Shown in pieces: positions 17,719 to 26,424 of a stretch of 64,000 nucleotides of DNA; within the stretch, counting starts at the first letter, position 1; the number at the start of each line of letters is the position of its first letter. The notes beneath the pieces are model-generated. The model did not search any database and was not told where the DNA came from. It saw nothing but the letters and a program-made list of their open reading frames with translations. The DNA is from Candidatus Omnitrophota bacterium (lineage in GTDB: Bacteria; Omnitrophota; Gorgyraeia; Gygaellales; Profunditerraquicolaceae). Both the position numbers and the translations under genes were made by a program. Location of the stretch: positions 112,960 to 176,959 of the forward strand of contig JBAZOC010000001.1 in NCBI GenBank assembly GCA_041648915.1. The letters run 5' to 3'.

Positions 17719-17955
17719 AGATATCATTCCCCTTAAATATTCCCTTCCAGAACCAGATTTCAATTCTTTTTCGCGTTCTCGAGCAAAATTACGCGAAATA
17801 GATTTTTCGGAATAAAACAAAATCCAAGGTTTATAAAATTTTGTAGATTTTGTTTTTCCTGAGTTATGTTCTTTGATTCTATTTTCTAAATCCTTAGTTA
17901 TTCCAATGTATATTCTGTTGTCTTTAATTGACCTTAGAGCATAAACGTAATGCAT
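17680..17955 (-). CDS. GIY-YIG nuclease-domain protein (small, URI/Slx1/YhbQ-like)
   Basis: YVYALRS..DNRIYIGITKDLENRIKEHNSG is a canonical GIY-YIG core. The last ~12 codons of the ORF are specified by the tRNA-Arg gene itself, so the true C-terminus is uncertain. Confidence 0.6.
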   Translation of the reverse strand: MHYVYALRSIKDNRIYIGITKDLENRIKEHNSGKTKSTKFYKPWILFYSEKSISRNFAREREKELKSGSGREYLRGMISAPVAHKDRAAVS

Positions 17956-17958
17956 GTA

Positions 17959-18018
17959 TTTAGGAAACTGCTGCTCCCTGCCTGCCGGCAGGCAGGTATC
18001 CTTATGAGCTACAGGGGC
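17959..18018 (-). pseudogene. degenerate duplicate of the 5' half (nt 1-39) of tRNA-Arg(CCU) carrying a 20-bp perfect palindrome insertion in the D-loop
   Basis: The fragment is identical to the tRNA from the acceptor stem through the anticodon loop, except that CCTGCCTGCCGGCAGGCAGG (17977-17996) replaces 3 nt of the D-loop. It abuts the GIY-YIG start codon. Confidence 0.6.
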
Positions 18019-18027
18019 AAGTTTGTC

Positions 18028-18567
18028 TTAATGGCCCCGGAACTTTACCAGCGAAAAAACAGGGTAGCCTTTTAGTTTTTCTTTGCCCTGCAGGTCAACC
18101 AGTTCAATGACAAACCCGATGCCCTGGATTTTGCCTTTCAGCTTATTGACCAGTCCGATCACCGCTTTTACCGTGCCGCCGGTAGCCAGGAGGTCGTCAA
18201 TGATCAGGATTCTTTCTCCCGGTTCTATCGCGTCTTCATGGATTTCCAGGGTATCTGTCCCGTATTCCAAGGCGTAAGTAGCCGCGATAACCTTACGGGG
18301 GAGCTTGCCTTTTTTACGCACCGGGACAAAGCCGGCGCCGATTCTATGGGCCAGGGCTGCACCAAAGATAAAACCCCGCGCTTCCACTCCTACGACCTTG
18401 TTGATGCGCTTACCTTTATATTTATATGTTAATAAATCTACCGTTTTTTTAAAAGCAATCCTGTCCTGAATTAAAGAAGTAATGTCGCGGAAGATAATCC
18501 CTGCCTTGGGAAAATCAACGATGTTTTTTATGGCTTTTTCTAAAACCGGGTCGTTTTTTTTGCTCAT
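18028..18567 (-). CDS. apt: adenine phosphoribosyltransferase
   Basis: GVEARGFIFGAALAH...ILIIDDLLATGGT is the PRPP-binding motif. Confidence 0.85.
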   Translation of the reverse strand: MSKKNDPVLEKAIKNIVDFPKAGIIFRDITSLIQDRIAFKKTVDLLTYKYKGKRINKVVGVEARGFIFGAALAHRIGAGFVPVRKKGKLPRKVIAATYALEYGTDTLEIHEDAIEPGERILIIDDLLATGGTVKAVIGLVNKLKGKIQGIGFVIELVDLQGKEKLKGYPVFSLVKFRGH

Positions 18568-19379
18568 AGCTCTTCCTTGGCTCCTTCCACAAATTTCCTT
18601 ATTTTCTTTAAGGCTATTTCTTCTATCTGGCGGATCCTCTCCCTGGAGACGCCTAATTTTTTGGCTACCTCGGCCAAGGTGTGTGTTTTTTTATCGGCCA
18701 GGCCAAAACGCATATCTAAAATTTCTCTTTCCCGCTCCGTCATAATTTCCAGCAGATTGGCTACCCTTTCTTTGTCCAGCAGGTGTTCAATCTTGCTGTC
18801 CGGCTGTATGGATGCGCTGTCTTCAATTAAATCCGAGACTTTTCCTTCGCTGTCTTCGCCGATCGGCGCTTCCAGCGATGAAGTTGAAGTGGACATCCAG
18901 AAGTTTATCTGCGCTATTTTTTCTTTAGGAATTTTTAATTTTTTGGCTATTTCCTCGTCGGTAGGGATACGTTTTAACCTTTGGCTCAGGCGCTCGCGGG
19001 TTTTACGCCATTTAGCGATTATATCGTTCATATATACCGGAACGCGGATCATCTTACCCTGTTCGGAGATCGAGCGCGTAATCGCCTGCTTAATCCACCA
19101 GGCCGCATAAGTTGAGAAACGGAAGCCCTTATTAGGGTCAAACTTATCCACTGCTTTCATCAGGCCTAAGTTTCCCTCTTCAATTAGGTCCAGGAAAGGA
19201 GTCCCCAGGCGCATATACCTTTTAGCAATGTTGATCACCAGGCGCAGGTTAGCCTGGATCATGGCTTTGCGTGCCTGCTCATCCCCTCTTTTAATCTTCC
19301 GGCTTAAAGAAACCTCTTCGCTGGCGCTGAGCAAAGGAATATTCCGGATCTCTTTAAGGTAAGTTTTTAGTGCTTCCAT
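18564..19379 (-). CDS. RNA polymerase sigma factor, sigma-70 family (compact, regions 1.2-4; RpoD/RpoS-like)
   Basis: Regions 2, 3 and 4 are all present: LIEEGNLGLMKAVDKFD, STYAAWWIKQAI and TLAEVAKKLGVSRERIRQIE. Confidence 0.75.
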   Translation of the reverse strand: MEALKTYLKEIRNIPLLSASEEVSLSRKIKRGDEQARKAMIQANLRLVINIAKRYMRLGTPFLDLIEEGNLGLMKAVDKFDPNKGFRFSTYAAWWIKQAITRSISEQGKMIRVPVYMNDIIAKWRKTRERLSQRLKRIPTDEEIAKKLKIPKEKIAQINFWMSTSTSSLEAPIGEDSEGKVSDLIEDSASIQPDSKIEHLLDKERVANLLEIMTEREREILDMRFGLADKKTHTLAEVAKKLGVSRERIRQIEEIALKKIRKFVEGAKEEL

Positions 19380-19397
19380 ATTTTTAGTCAGGGACGG

Positions 19398-22139
19398 TTA
19401 TTTCTTTCTTTTTTCTCTCAGTACTGCCTGGGCCGCGGCCAATTTTGCAATCGGAACGCGAAAGGGCGAACAACTTACATAATTCATCCCTACCCGGTGG
19501 CAGAATTCCACTGATCTTGGCTCTCCGCCATGCTCGCCGCAAATGCCGATTTCTAAGCCCTTGCGGGTCTTCCTACCTCTGGCAATGGCGATCTGGATCA
19601 GTTGGCCGATCCCTTCCTGGTCAATGCTCTGGAACGGGTCTTCCGGCAAAATGCCTTTTTTAATATACTCCGGCACAAAGCCTCCGATATCATCGCGCGA
19701 AAATCCAAAACCCATCTGGGTAAGGTCATTGGTCCCGAAGGAGAAGAACTCTGCCACTGTGGCAATCTTATCCGCGACTAATGCTGCCCGCGGGATCTCG
19801 ATCATCGTCCCGAACATATGCTTGATTGTTTTAATATTGTATTTTTTCAGGGTTTGCGCATAAAGCGCCTTAGCGATCACCAGCTGGTCATTTAGCTCCT
19901 TAACATCGCAGACCACCGGGATCATAATCTCCGGATAAGGTTTCCTGCCTTCTTTGAGCAATTCAGCGGCAGCTTCAAATATGGCGCGTATCTGCATTGC
20001 GCTAATTTCAGGATAAGTTATGCCCAGGCGCACGCCGCGATGGCCCATCATCGGGTTGGATTCATGCAGGTTCTCGGCGCGCCGGGATAGCTCTTCCATA
20101 TTGATATTTAATTCCCGGGCGAGCTCTTCTAACTTTACCTGTTCGCGCGGGACAAACTCATGCAGGGGCGGATCAAGCAAACGGATGACTACCGGAAAAC
20201 CATCCATTGCTTCCAGTGTCCCTTTAATATCTTTTTTTACATAGGGGAACAGTTCTTCTGTTGCTTTTTTTCTTTCATCCTCCGTCTTTGAGATAATCAT
20301 TTTACGCAGGATAAATAACGGTTCATCCGCGCCTTTGCCGTAGAACATGTGCTCGGTCCGGAATAACCCTATTCCTTCAGCTCCGAACTGGCGGGCCTTG
20401 ACCGCATCATCCGGGGTTTCGGCGTTGGTGCGGATACCCAGTTTTTTAATAGCGCCGCAGATTTTTAAAAAATTCATCAGCATGGCGTTTTCTTCCGAGG
20501 CATCCATCATCGCCAGCTTGCCTGCATAGACTATGCCTTTGGTCCCGTTTAAAGTGATCCAGTCGCCTTCTTTTAAGGTTTTTCCGCCGGCGTTGATCGT
20601 CTTGTTTTCTGAATCAACATGCAGGTCGCTGGCGCCGACAATGCAGCATTTGCCCCAGCCGCGGGCAACCAAGGCGGCGTGGCTAGTCATTCCGCCGCGG
20701 GCAGTAAGGATTGCTTCGGCAGCGCGCATACCTTCAACATCCTCCGGGTTTGTTTCTTCGCGCAGAAGTATGACTTTTTTGCCTTGCAGTTTCCAGGCTA
20801 CCGCGTCTTTGGCATTGAAGACGATTTGACCGCAGGCGCCTCCGGGGCCAGCAGGCAAGCCTTTCACTAAAGGTTTATTCAGGCCTTCTGCTTTAGGGTC
20901 AATGATCGGATGCAGCAGCTCATCTAATTGCGCCGGAGTTACACGCATAACCGCTTCTTCTTTTTTAATCAATTTCTCTTTGACCATCTCCATGGCCATG
21001 CGTACTGCTGCCGGGCCATTGCGTTTTCCAATGCGGCACTGCAGCATAAAGAGCCTTCCCTTTTCAATGGTAAATTCAATATCCTGCATATCGCGGTAAT
21101 GCTTTTCCAGGCGTTTCTGGATCGCAAAAAGCTCCTTATAAATCGCCGGCATGCCCTTTTCCAGCGTCAGTAAATCTTTATTATGCGCGGATTGGGAAAA
21201 AGTATTGATCGGCGCAGGGGTGCGGATACCGGCAACTACGTCTTCGCCTTGGGCGTTGATCAGATACTCGCCGTAGAAATGCGCGTCGCCGTTTCCGGGG
21301 TTGCGGGTAAAGGCTACGCCGGTAGCCGAGTCATTTCCCATATTACCGAAGACCATAGTCTGTACGTTTACCGCGGTTCCCCATTCATCCGGTATGCCTT
21401 CGATGCGGCGGTAGCTTATAGCGCGCTTTCCGTTCCAGGAAGAAAATACCGCGCTGATCCCGCCCCATAGCTGTTGCCTGGGCTCATCCGGAAATTCTTT
21501 GCCCAAAACTTCTTTGATCTTTATTTTATATTTCGCACAGATATCTTTTAGGTCGGCCAGGGTTAAATCCGTATCGGCTTTCGAGCCTCTCTTCTGCTTT
21601 ACCTCATCCATGATCCGCTCTAGCTGCTTGCGGATACCCATATCCTCTTTTGGCTCTATACCGGCTGCCTTTTCCATAACTACGTCGGAGTACATCGTAA
21701 TCAGCCGGCGGTAGGCATCGTAGACAAAGCGCTCATTGCCGCCTGCCTGTTTGACTAAGCCGGGAATTGTTTTTTCGGTCAAACCCACATTAAGGACAGT
21801 CTCCATCATCCCGGGCATAGACTTGCGCGCGCCGCTCCTGACCGAGACTAATAAGGGGTTAGCCGGATCGCCGAATTTCCTAGCCATGAGCTTCTCGACA
21901 GTGGCGAGCGCCTTTTCCACCTGGCCTTTTAGCTCCTTGGGGTAAGACTTTTTATGCCCGTAATAATAGGTGCAGACTTCCGTAGTCAGGGTAAATCCCG
22001 GAGGAACAGGGAGCCTTAAATTTTTATGGCCGGCCATTTCCGCTAAATTCGCGCCTTTGCCGCCCAGAAGATTTTTCATGCTTTCATTGCCGTCTGCTTT
22101 GCCGCCGCCGAAGGAGTAAACGTATTTTTTGTTACCCAT
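19398..22139 (-). CDS. ppdK: pyruvate, phosphate dikinase
   Basis: The 913-aa product begins with the N-terminal PPDK signature ...GGKGANLAEM. The GGMTSHAA phospho-His motif and a C-terminal PEP-utilising domain are present. Confidence 0.9.
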   Translation of the reverse strand: MGNKKYVYSFGGGKADGNESMKNLLGGKGANLAEMAGHKNLRLPVPPGFTLTTEVCTYYYGHKKSYPKELKGQVEKALATVEKLMARKFGDPANPLLVSVRSGARKSMPGMMETVLNVGLTEKTIPGLVKQAGGNERFVYDAYRRLITMYSDVVMEKAAGIEPKEDMGIRKQLERIMDEVKQKRGSKADTDLTLADLKDICAKYKIKIKEVLGKEFPDEPRQQLWGGISAVFSSWNGKRAISYRRIEGIPDEWGTAVNVQTMVFGNMGNDSATGVAFTRNPGNGDAHFYGEYLINAQGEDVVAGIRTPAPINTFSQSAHNKDLLTLEKGMPAIYKELFAIQKRLEKHYRDMQDIEFTIEKGRLFMLQCRIGKRNGPAAVRMAMEMVKEKLIKKEEAVMRVTPAQLDELLHPIIDPKAEGLNKPLVKGLPAGPGGACGQIVFNAKDAVAWKLQGKKVILLREETNPEDVEGMRAAEAILTARGGMTSHAALVARGWGKCCIVGASDLHVDSENKTINAGGKTLKEGDWITLNGTKGIVYAGKLAMMDASEENAMLMNFLKICGAIKKLGIRTNAETPDDAVKARQFGAEGIGLFRTEHMFYGKGADEPLFILRKMIISKTEDERKKATEELFPYVKKDIKGTLEAMDGFPVVIRLLDPPLHEFVPREQVKLEELARELNINMEELSRRAENLHESNPMMGHRGVRLGITYPEISAMQIRAIFEAAAELLKEGRKPYPEIMIPVVCDVKELNDQLVIAKALYAQTLKKYNIKTIKHMFGTMIEIPRAALVADKIATVAEFFSFGTNDLTQMGFGFSRDDIGGFVPEYIKKGILPEDPFQSIDQEGIGQLIQIAIARGRKTRKGLEIGICGEHGGEPRSVEFCHRVGMNYVSCSPFRVPIAKLAAAQAVLREKRKK

Positions 22140-22166
22140 TTGCTTTAAAACCCTGCCTTTCTTTAG

Positions 22167-23471
22167 TTAAATAAGTTTGTTGGACAAGTATTCTCTTAAA
22201 TTCTCTATGGCCATTCTCTCCTGCTGCATGCTGTCGCGCTCGCGCACAGTCACCTGTTTGTCTTCCAGGCTCTGTACGTCCACCGTAACACAATAAAGCG
22301 TGCCTACCTCATCCTGCCTGCGGTAAAGTTTGCCGATGGCGCCTGTATCATCATATACCGCAACCAGCGCTTGCTTTAAATCCCGGGCAATCGTTTTAGC
22401 CAGCCCGACGATCTCCGGCCGGTTCCTTAAAAGCGGCAGCACCGCCACTTTGGTGGGAGCCAGGTCCTTATGCAGTTTTAAAACTACCCGCGTATCCTCC
22501 CTGACCTTTTCTTCATGGTAAGCGTTAATTAAAAAAGCCAATACTGCCCGGTCCACTCCGCCCGAAGGCTCAATGATATAAGGGTAAAACCTTTCCTTGA
22601 GCGCGTCGTCAAAATATTTCAAATCCCTGCCGCTGGATTCGGCATGCTGTTTTAAATCAAAATCCGTGCGGTTGGCAATACCTTCTAATTCGCTCCACCC
22701 GAAAGGAAAGTTGTATTCTATGTCCGTGCAGGAAGCCGCATAATGCGCTAATTCATCCTTGGCGTGTTCGCGTTTTTTCAGGTTTTCTTTTTTTATCCCT
22801 AAGTTTATATACCAGTTAAATCTTTCCTCCACCCAGGATTTATAGTATTTATCCGCCTCAGCAGGCCTTACAAAATACTCCAGCTCCATCTGTTCAAATT
22901 CACGGGTGCGAAAAGTAAAATTGCCCGGAGTTATTTCATTGCGGAATGATTTTCCGATCTGGGCCAGTCCGAAAGGAAGCTTAGGATGCCGGGAGTCCAG
23001 GATATTCAGGAAATTTACGAACATACCCTGGGCGGTTTCCGGGCGCATATATATTTCATTACCGGCTTCTTCTACCGGGCCCTGATAGGTTTTAAACATA
23101 AGATTAAAGGGCCGCGCCTCGGTAAGCGCCCCGCCGCACTCAGGGCATTTATTTTTATCTGTTAAGTCCGCGCCTTTAAAACGTTTTTTACATTTCCGGC
23201 AATCGCTTTTTAAATCAAAAAAGTTTTGTACATGGCCGCTGGCCTCCCAGACTTTGGGGTGCATCAGGATAGCCGCGTCCATGCCCAGGGTATCGTCACG
23301 CGCGTAGACGTTCGCTTTCCACCAGGCGCGCTTCAGGTTATTTTTAAGTTCAACCCCGTAAGGGCCGTAATCCCAGGTATTGCTCAAACCCCCGTAAATA
23401 TCCGAGGACTGAAATATAAAACCCCTTCTTTTGCAAAGGGCAACCACCTTTTCCATCAAGTTTTCGCTCAT
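22167..23471 (-). CDS. glyQS: glycine--tRNA ligase (class II, dimeric form)
   Basis: MEKVVALCKRRGFIFQSSDIYGG... matches GlyQS. The start was trimmed to MSEN, so the ORF-track start at 23510 is probably too far upstream. Confidence 0.85.
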   Translation of the reverse strand: MSENLMEKVVALCKRRGFIFQSSDIYGGLSNTWDYGPYGVELKNNLKRAWWKANVYARDDTLGMDAAILMHPKVWEASGHVQNFFDLKSDCRKCKKRFKGADLTDKNKCPECGGALTEARPFNLMFKTYQGPVEEAGNEIYMRPETAQGMFVNFLNILDSRHPKLPFGLAQIGKSFRNEITPGNFTFRTREFEQMELEYFVRPAEADKYYKSWVEERFNWYINLGIKKENLKKREHAKDELAHYAASCTDIEYNFPFGWSELEGIANRTDFDLKQHAESSGRDLKYFDDALKERFYPYIIEPSGGVDRAVLAFLINAYHEEKVREDTRVVLKLHKDLAPTKVAVLPLLRNRPEIVGLAKTIARDLKQALVAVYDDTGAIGKLYRRQDEVGTLYCVTVDVQSLEDKQVTVRERDSMQQERMAIENLREYLSNKLI

Positions 23472-23519
23472 AAGTCCTCTATTCTTAGCATAGTTTGCAA
23501 TAAAAATCAAGCACTTTAC

Positions 23520-24233
23520 TTAATTTGGCGTTATCCCGGAGGCGATAGTAAAGGCCTTATTCAGGTCCAGGACTTTGCCCGTATCTTTTATATAAATTTT
23601 AAAAAATTCCCCGGACGGGGCGATTATGCTGCAATCAAAAAAATTGATCGCTCCGGAAAGGTTATAATTGATGAAATAATTCCGGCCTTCCGCCTGGAAT
23701 TGGAGCATTTTGACTTCTTGCTGGTCGCCTAAATTAGGAGTAAAGATACTTTTCAGGATGACAAAAAACGCGTCGTTTATATTATTGATTTTAGTTTCCT
23801 GCGCGGACATCAGGCTGCGCATAAACGCGTAATTATCTTTAATCCCCGCTTTCTTGACCTGGGGAAAAAGGTTAACGAAGAAATCCTTAGGCTCGTATAA
23901 TATATAGATTACTGCCTCGGCGGTACGCGAGCTCTTCTTCTTGTAGTAAGGTTTTTTTACCAGTTCCTCGACCACTTTAAAGCCTTTAGGCACGCTAAGC
24001 TTTGTTTTGGGAAATTCCAGCGCAAGGAGCTCTTGGGCATATTGATCGTCTTTTTTAAAAACTGCCTGCGTATCTTCCGGGGCCATGCAGAGGATAGGTA
24101 TGCTTGAGCAGCTCCCGATACCGGTCTGGATATAAGCGCGCAGGGCCTGGGGAAGAGCGAACTGGATTACAAAGGCTGCGGCTAAAGCGGAAACAATAAT
24201 GTATAAAAGCAATTTTACGAGCGCGTTCTTCAT
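23520..24233 (-). CDS. membrane-anchored hypothetical protein
   Basis: An N-terminal TM anchor is present and I recognise no motif. Confidence 0.35.
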   Translation of the reverse strand: MKNALVKLLLYIIVSALAAAFVIQFALPQALRAYIQTGIGSCSSIPILCMAPEDTQAVFKKDDQYAQELLALEFPKTKLSVPKGFKVVEELVKKPYYKKKSSRTAEAVIYILYEPKDFFVNLFPQVKKAGIKDNYAFMRSLMSAQETKINNINDAFFVILKSIFTPNLGDQQEVKMLQFQAEGRNYFINYNLSGAINFFDCSIIAPSGEFFKIYIKDTGKVLDLNKAFTIASGITPN

Positions 24234-25054
24234 ATTTTCTTTAATTCATCTTCCTTGATGGTAAAAGTGTGCTCGGGCGCAGGAAACTTCGCCTGGAGGA
24301 CATCTTCCTTGAATTCTTCTATCGCTTTCAGGATCAGCGGGGAAAGGTTTAAATATTTTTTGACGAATTTAGGCGTATAACGCTCAAAAAGACCGAGCAT
24401 ATCATTGATCACCAGTACTTGCCCGTCACAGCCAGCTCCGGCGCCGATGCCAATTGTCGGTATATGTAATTTTTGAGTAATCATTCCGGCGATCCTGTCC
24501 GGAACACATTCCAGGACGATGGCAAAACATCCCAGCTTTTCCAGCTCCTTAGCCTGCTCAATCAGCCTGCGCGCCGCGTCAGCATCTTTACCCTGGACCT
24601 TAAAGCCGCCTAATTTATCCGCGGTCTGGGGGGTCAGGCCGATGTGGCCCATTACCGGTATCCCGGCCTTAAGTATTTCTTTGGTTACCTCCGGGCATTT
24701 ATCAAACCACTCTAATTTTACGGCAGCGCAGTTAGCTTCCGTGATAAACCTGCGGGCGTTCTTTACCGATTCTGCGGGGTTAATCTGGTAGGAGGCATAA
24801 GGCATATCTCCGACTACCAGCGCGTATTTTACGGCGCGGGTTACGGCCTTGGCATGGTGCAGCATTTCCGTCATGCCGACTTGGGTTGTAGAGTCCAGGC
24901 CTAAAACTACATTGGCCAGGGAATCGCCAACCAGGATCATATCCAGGCCGGCCTTGTCTACCAGGCTGGCAATCGGATAGTCATAAGCCGTAAGCATGGT
25001 TATTTTACGCTTACCCTTTAAAGACAAAATTTCCTCCACTGTTAGCTTAGGCAT
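24230..25054 (-). CDS. panB: 3-methyl-2-oxobutanoate hydroxymethyltransferase
   Basis: ITMLTAYDYPIASLVDKAGLDMILVGDSLANVVLG matches PanB. Confidence 0.85.
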   Translation of the reverse strand: MPKLTVEEILSLKGKRKITMLTAYDYPIASLVDKAGLDMILVGDSLANVVLGLDSTTQVGMTEMLHHAKAVTRAVKYALVVGDMPYASYQINPAESVKNARRFITEANCAAVKLEWFDKCPEVTKEILKAGIPVMGHIGLTPQTADKLGGFKVQGKDADAARRLIEQAKELEKLGCFAIVLECVPDRIAGMITQKLHIPTIGIGAGAGCDGQVLVINDMLGLFERYTPKFVKKYLNLSPLILKAIEEFKEDVLQAKFPAPEHTFTIKEDELKKI

Positions 25055-25055
25055 A

Positions 25056-26423
25056 TTACTCCTTTAGGTATTGCTCTATTACCAGGGCAGCTTTTTTTCC
25101 TGCTCCCATTGCGGAGATTACCGTGTCCGCGCCGCTGGTAATGTCTCCTCCGGCAAAGACTCCCGGGATAGAGGTCATTAGATTTTCGTCGACTACGATT
25201 GTCCCGTTTTTATTTATTTGAAGGCTTTTAGTCATTCTGGGCAATAAGGGGTTGGGATTCTGGCCTATAGCGATGATTAACGTATCTGTCTCCAGGATAA
25301 AGTTGGAATTTTCTAGAGGGACGGGCCTCTTTCTCCCCGAACTATCCGGTTCTCCCAGTTGCATTTTAATGCACTCCAAGGCTCCGACAGACCCTGTTTT
25401 ATTAGCGATTATGCGGATGGGCTGGGTCAAGATTTTTAGGGCCACTCCTTCTTCTCGGGCGTTCTTAATTTCTTCCAGGCGGCCGGGCATTTCATTTTCA
25501 GTCCGGCGATAAACAAGCGTTACCGTGCTCCCTAGCCTTAAGCCTACCCTTGCCGAGTCCAGGGCAACATTTCCGCCGCCGATAACCACCGTTCTTTTAC
25601 CTATATTTATGGGGGTAGCATATTCGGGGAATTTGTAAGCCTTCATCAGGTTCACCCGGGTCAGGAATTCATTCGCGGAATATACCCCGGGTAAATTTTC
25701 TCCTTCAATGCCTAAAAATTGCGGTAATCCTGCGCCTACCGCGATAAAAGCTGCCTTAAAGCCGCTTTTAAATAAATCTTCCAGGGTAAAGGTATTGCCG
25801 ATCAGCGTATCAACTTTGAGCTCTACGCCCAGGCCTCTTATGTAATCAACTTCATCCTGGACTATTTTTTTGGGGAGCCGGAATTCCGGGATGCCGTAAA
25901 CCAGGACGCCGCCTGCTGTATGCAGGGATTCAAATAAGGTAACCTCAAATCCGCGTTTGGCCAGGTCCGCGGCACAGGTTAACCCTGCCGGGCCGCTGCC
26001 TACTACCGCTATTTTAGCCGCCAGGTTTTGCCGGCGGTGCGCTATTGGCTCTGGTTTGTGGGTTAATGCGTAATCTGCGGCATAGCGCTCCAGGGCGCCG
26101 ATATTAAGCGGTATTTTTTTCTTATTCAGGATGCAGACTGCTTCACACTGGTTTTCCTGCGGGCAGACCCGTCCGCAAACCGCCGGAAGATTATTTTTTT
26201 CTTTTATTTTTTCCAGGGCTTCCCTTTGCCTGCCCTCTTGGATTAATTTTATAAAAGCCGGGATATCAATCCCTACGGGGCAGCCCTTTACGCAAGGCTT
26301 ATTTTTGCACTGCAGGCAGCGAGAGGCCTCTTTTTGCGCCTCGCTTTCCGAGAAGCCTAAAGCGACTTCTAAAAAATTTTTAATTCGTTCTTCCGGAGGC
26401 TGGTGGGGTATTTTATTGCGCAT
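25056..26423 (-). CDS. GltD-family NADPH-dependent FAD/FeS oxidoreductase (NfnB / sulfide dehydrogenase SudA / glutamate synthase small subunit-like)
   Basis: N-terminal Cys clusters (CLQCKNKPCVKGCP...) are followed by two Rossmann GxGxxG motifs. The product is 455 aa. Confidence 0.7.
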   Translation of the reverse strand: MRNKIPHQPPEERIKNFLEVALGFSESEAQKEASRCLQCKNKPCVKGCPVGIDIPAFIKLIQEGRQREALEKIKEKNNLPAVCGRVCPQENQCEAVCILNKKKIPLNIGALERYAADYALTHKPEPIAHRRQNLAAKIAVVGSGPAGLTCAADLAKRGFEVTLFESLHTAGGVLVYGIPEFRLPKKIVQDEVDYIRGLGVELKVDTLIGNTFTLEDLFKSGFKAAFIAVGAGLPQFLGIEGENLPGVYSANEFLTRVNLMKAYKFPEYATPINIGKRTVVIGGGNVALDSARVGLRLGSTVTLVYRRTENEMPGRLEEIKNAREEGVALKILTQPIRIIANKTGSVGALECIKMQLGEPDSSGRKRPVPLENSNFILETDTLIIAIGQNPNPLLPRMTKSLQINKNGTIVVDENLMTSIPGVFAGGDITSGADTVISAMGAGKKAALVIEQYLKE

Positions 26424-26424
26424 C

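Noticed and set aside
17499-17801. A 100-aa + strand ORF across the tRNA-Arg region
   Set aside because: It overlaps the tRNA gene and tRNA fragments on the opposite strand and has no protein motif. It is most likely non-coding.
19445-21945. A string of + strand ORFs (60-106 aa) inside ppdK
   Set aside because: They lie entirely antisense to a long, well-conserved PPDK reading frame and carry no motifs. They are typical shadow ORFs.
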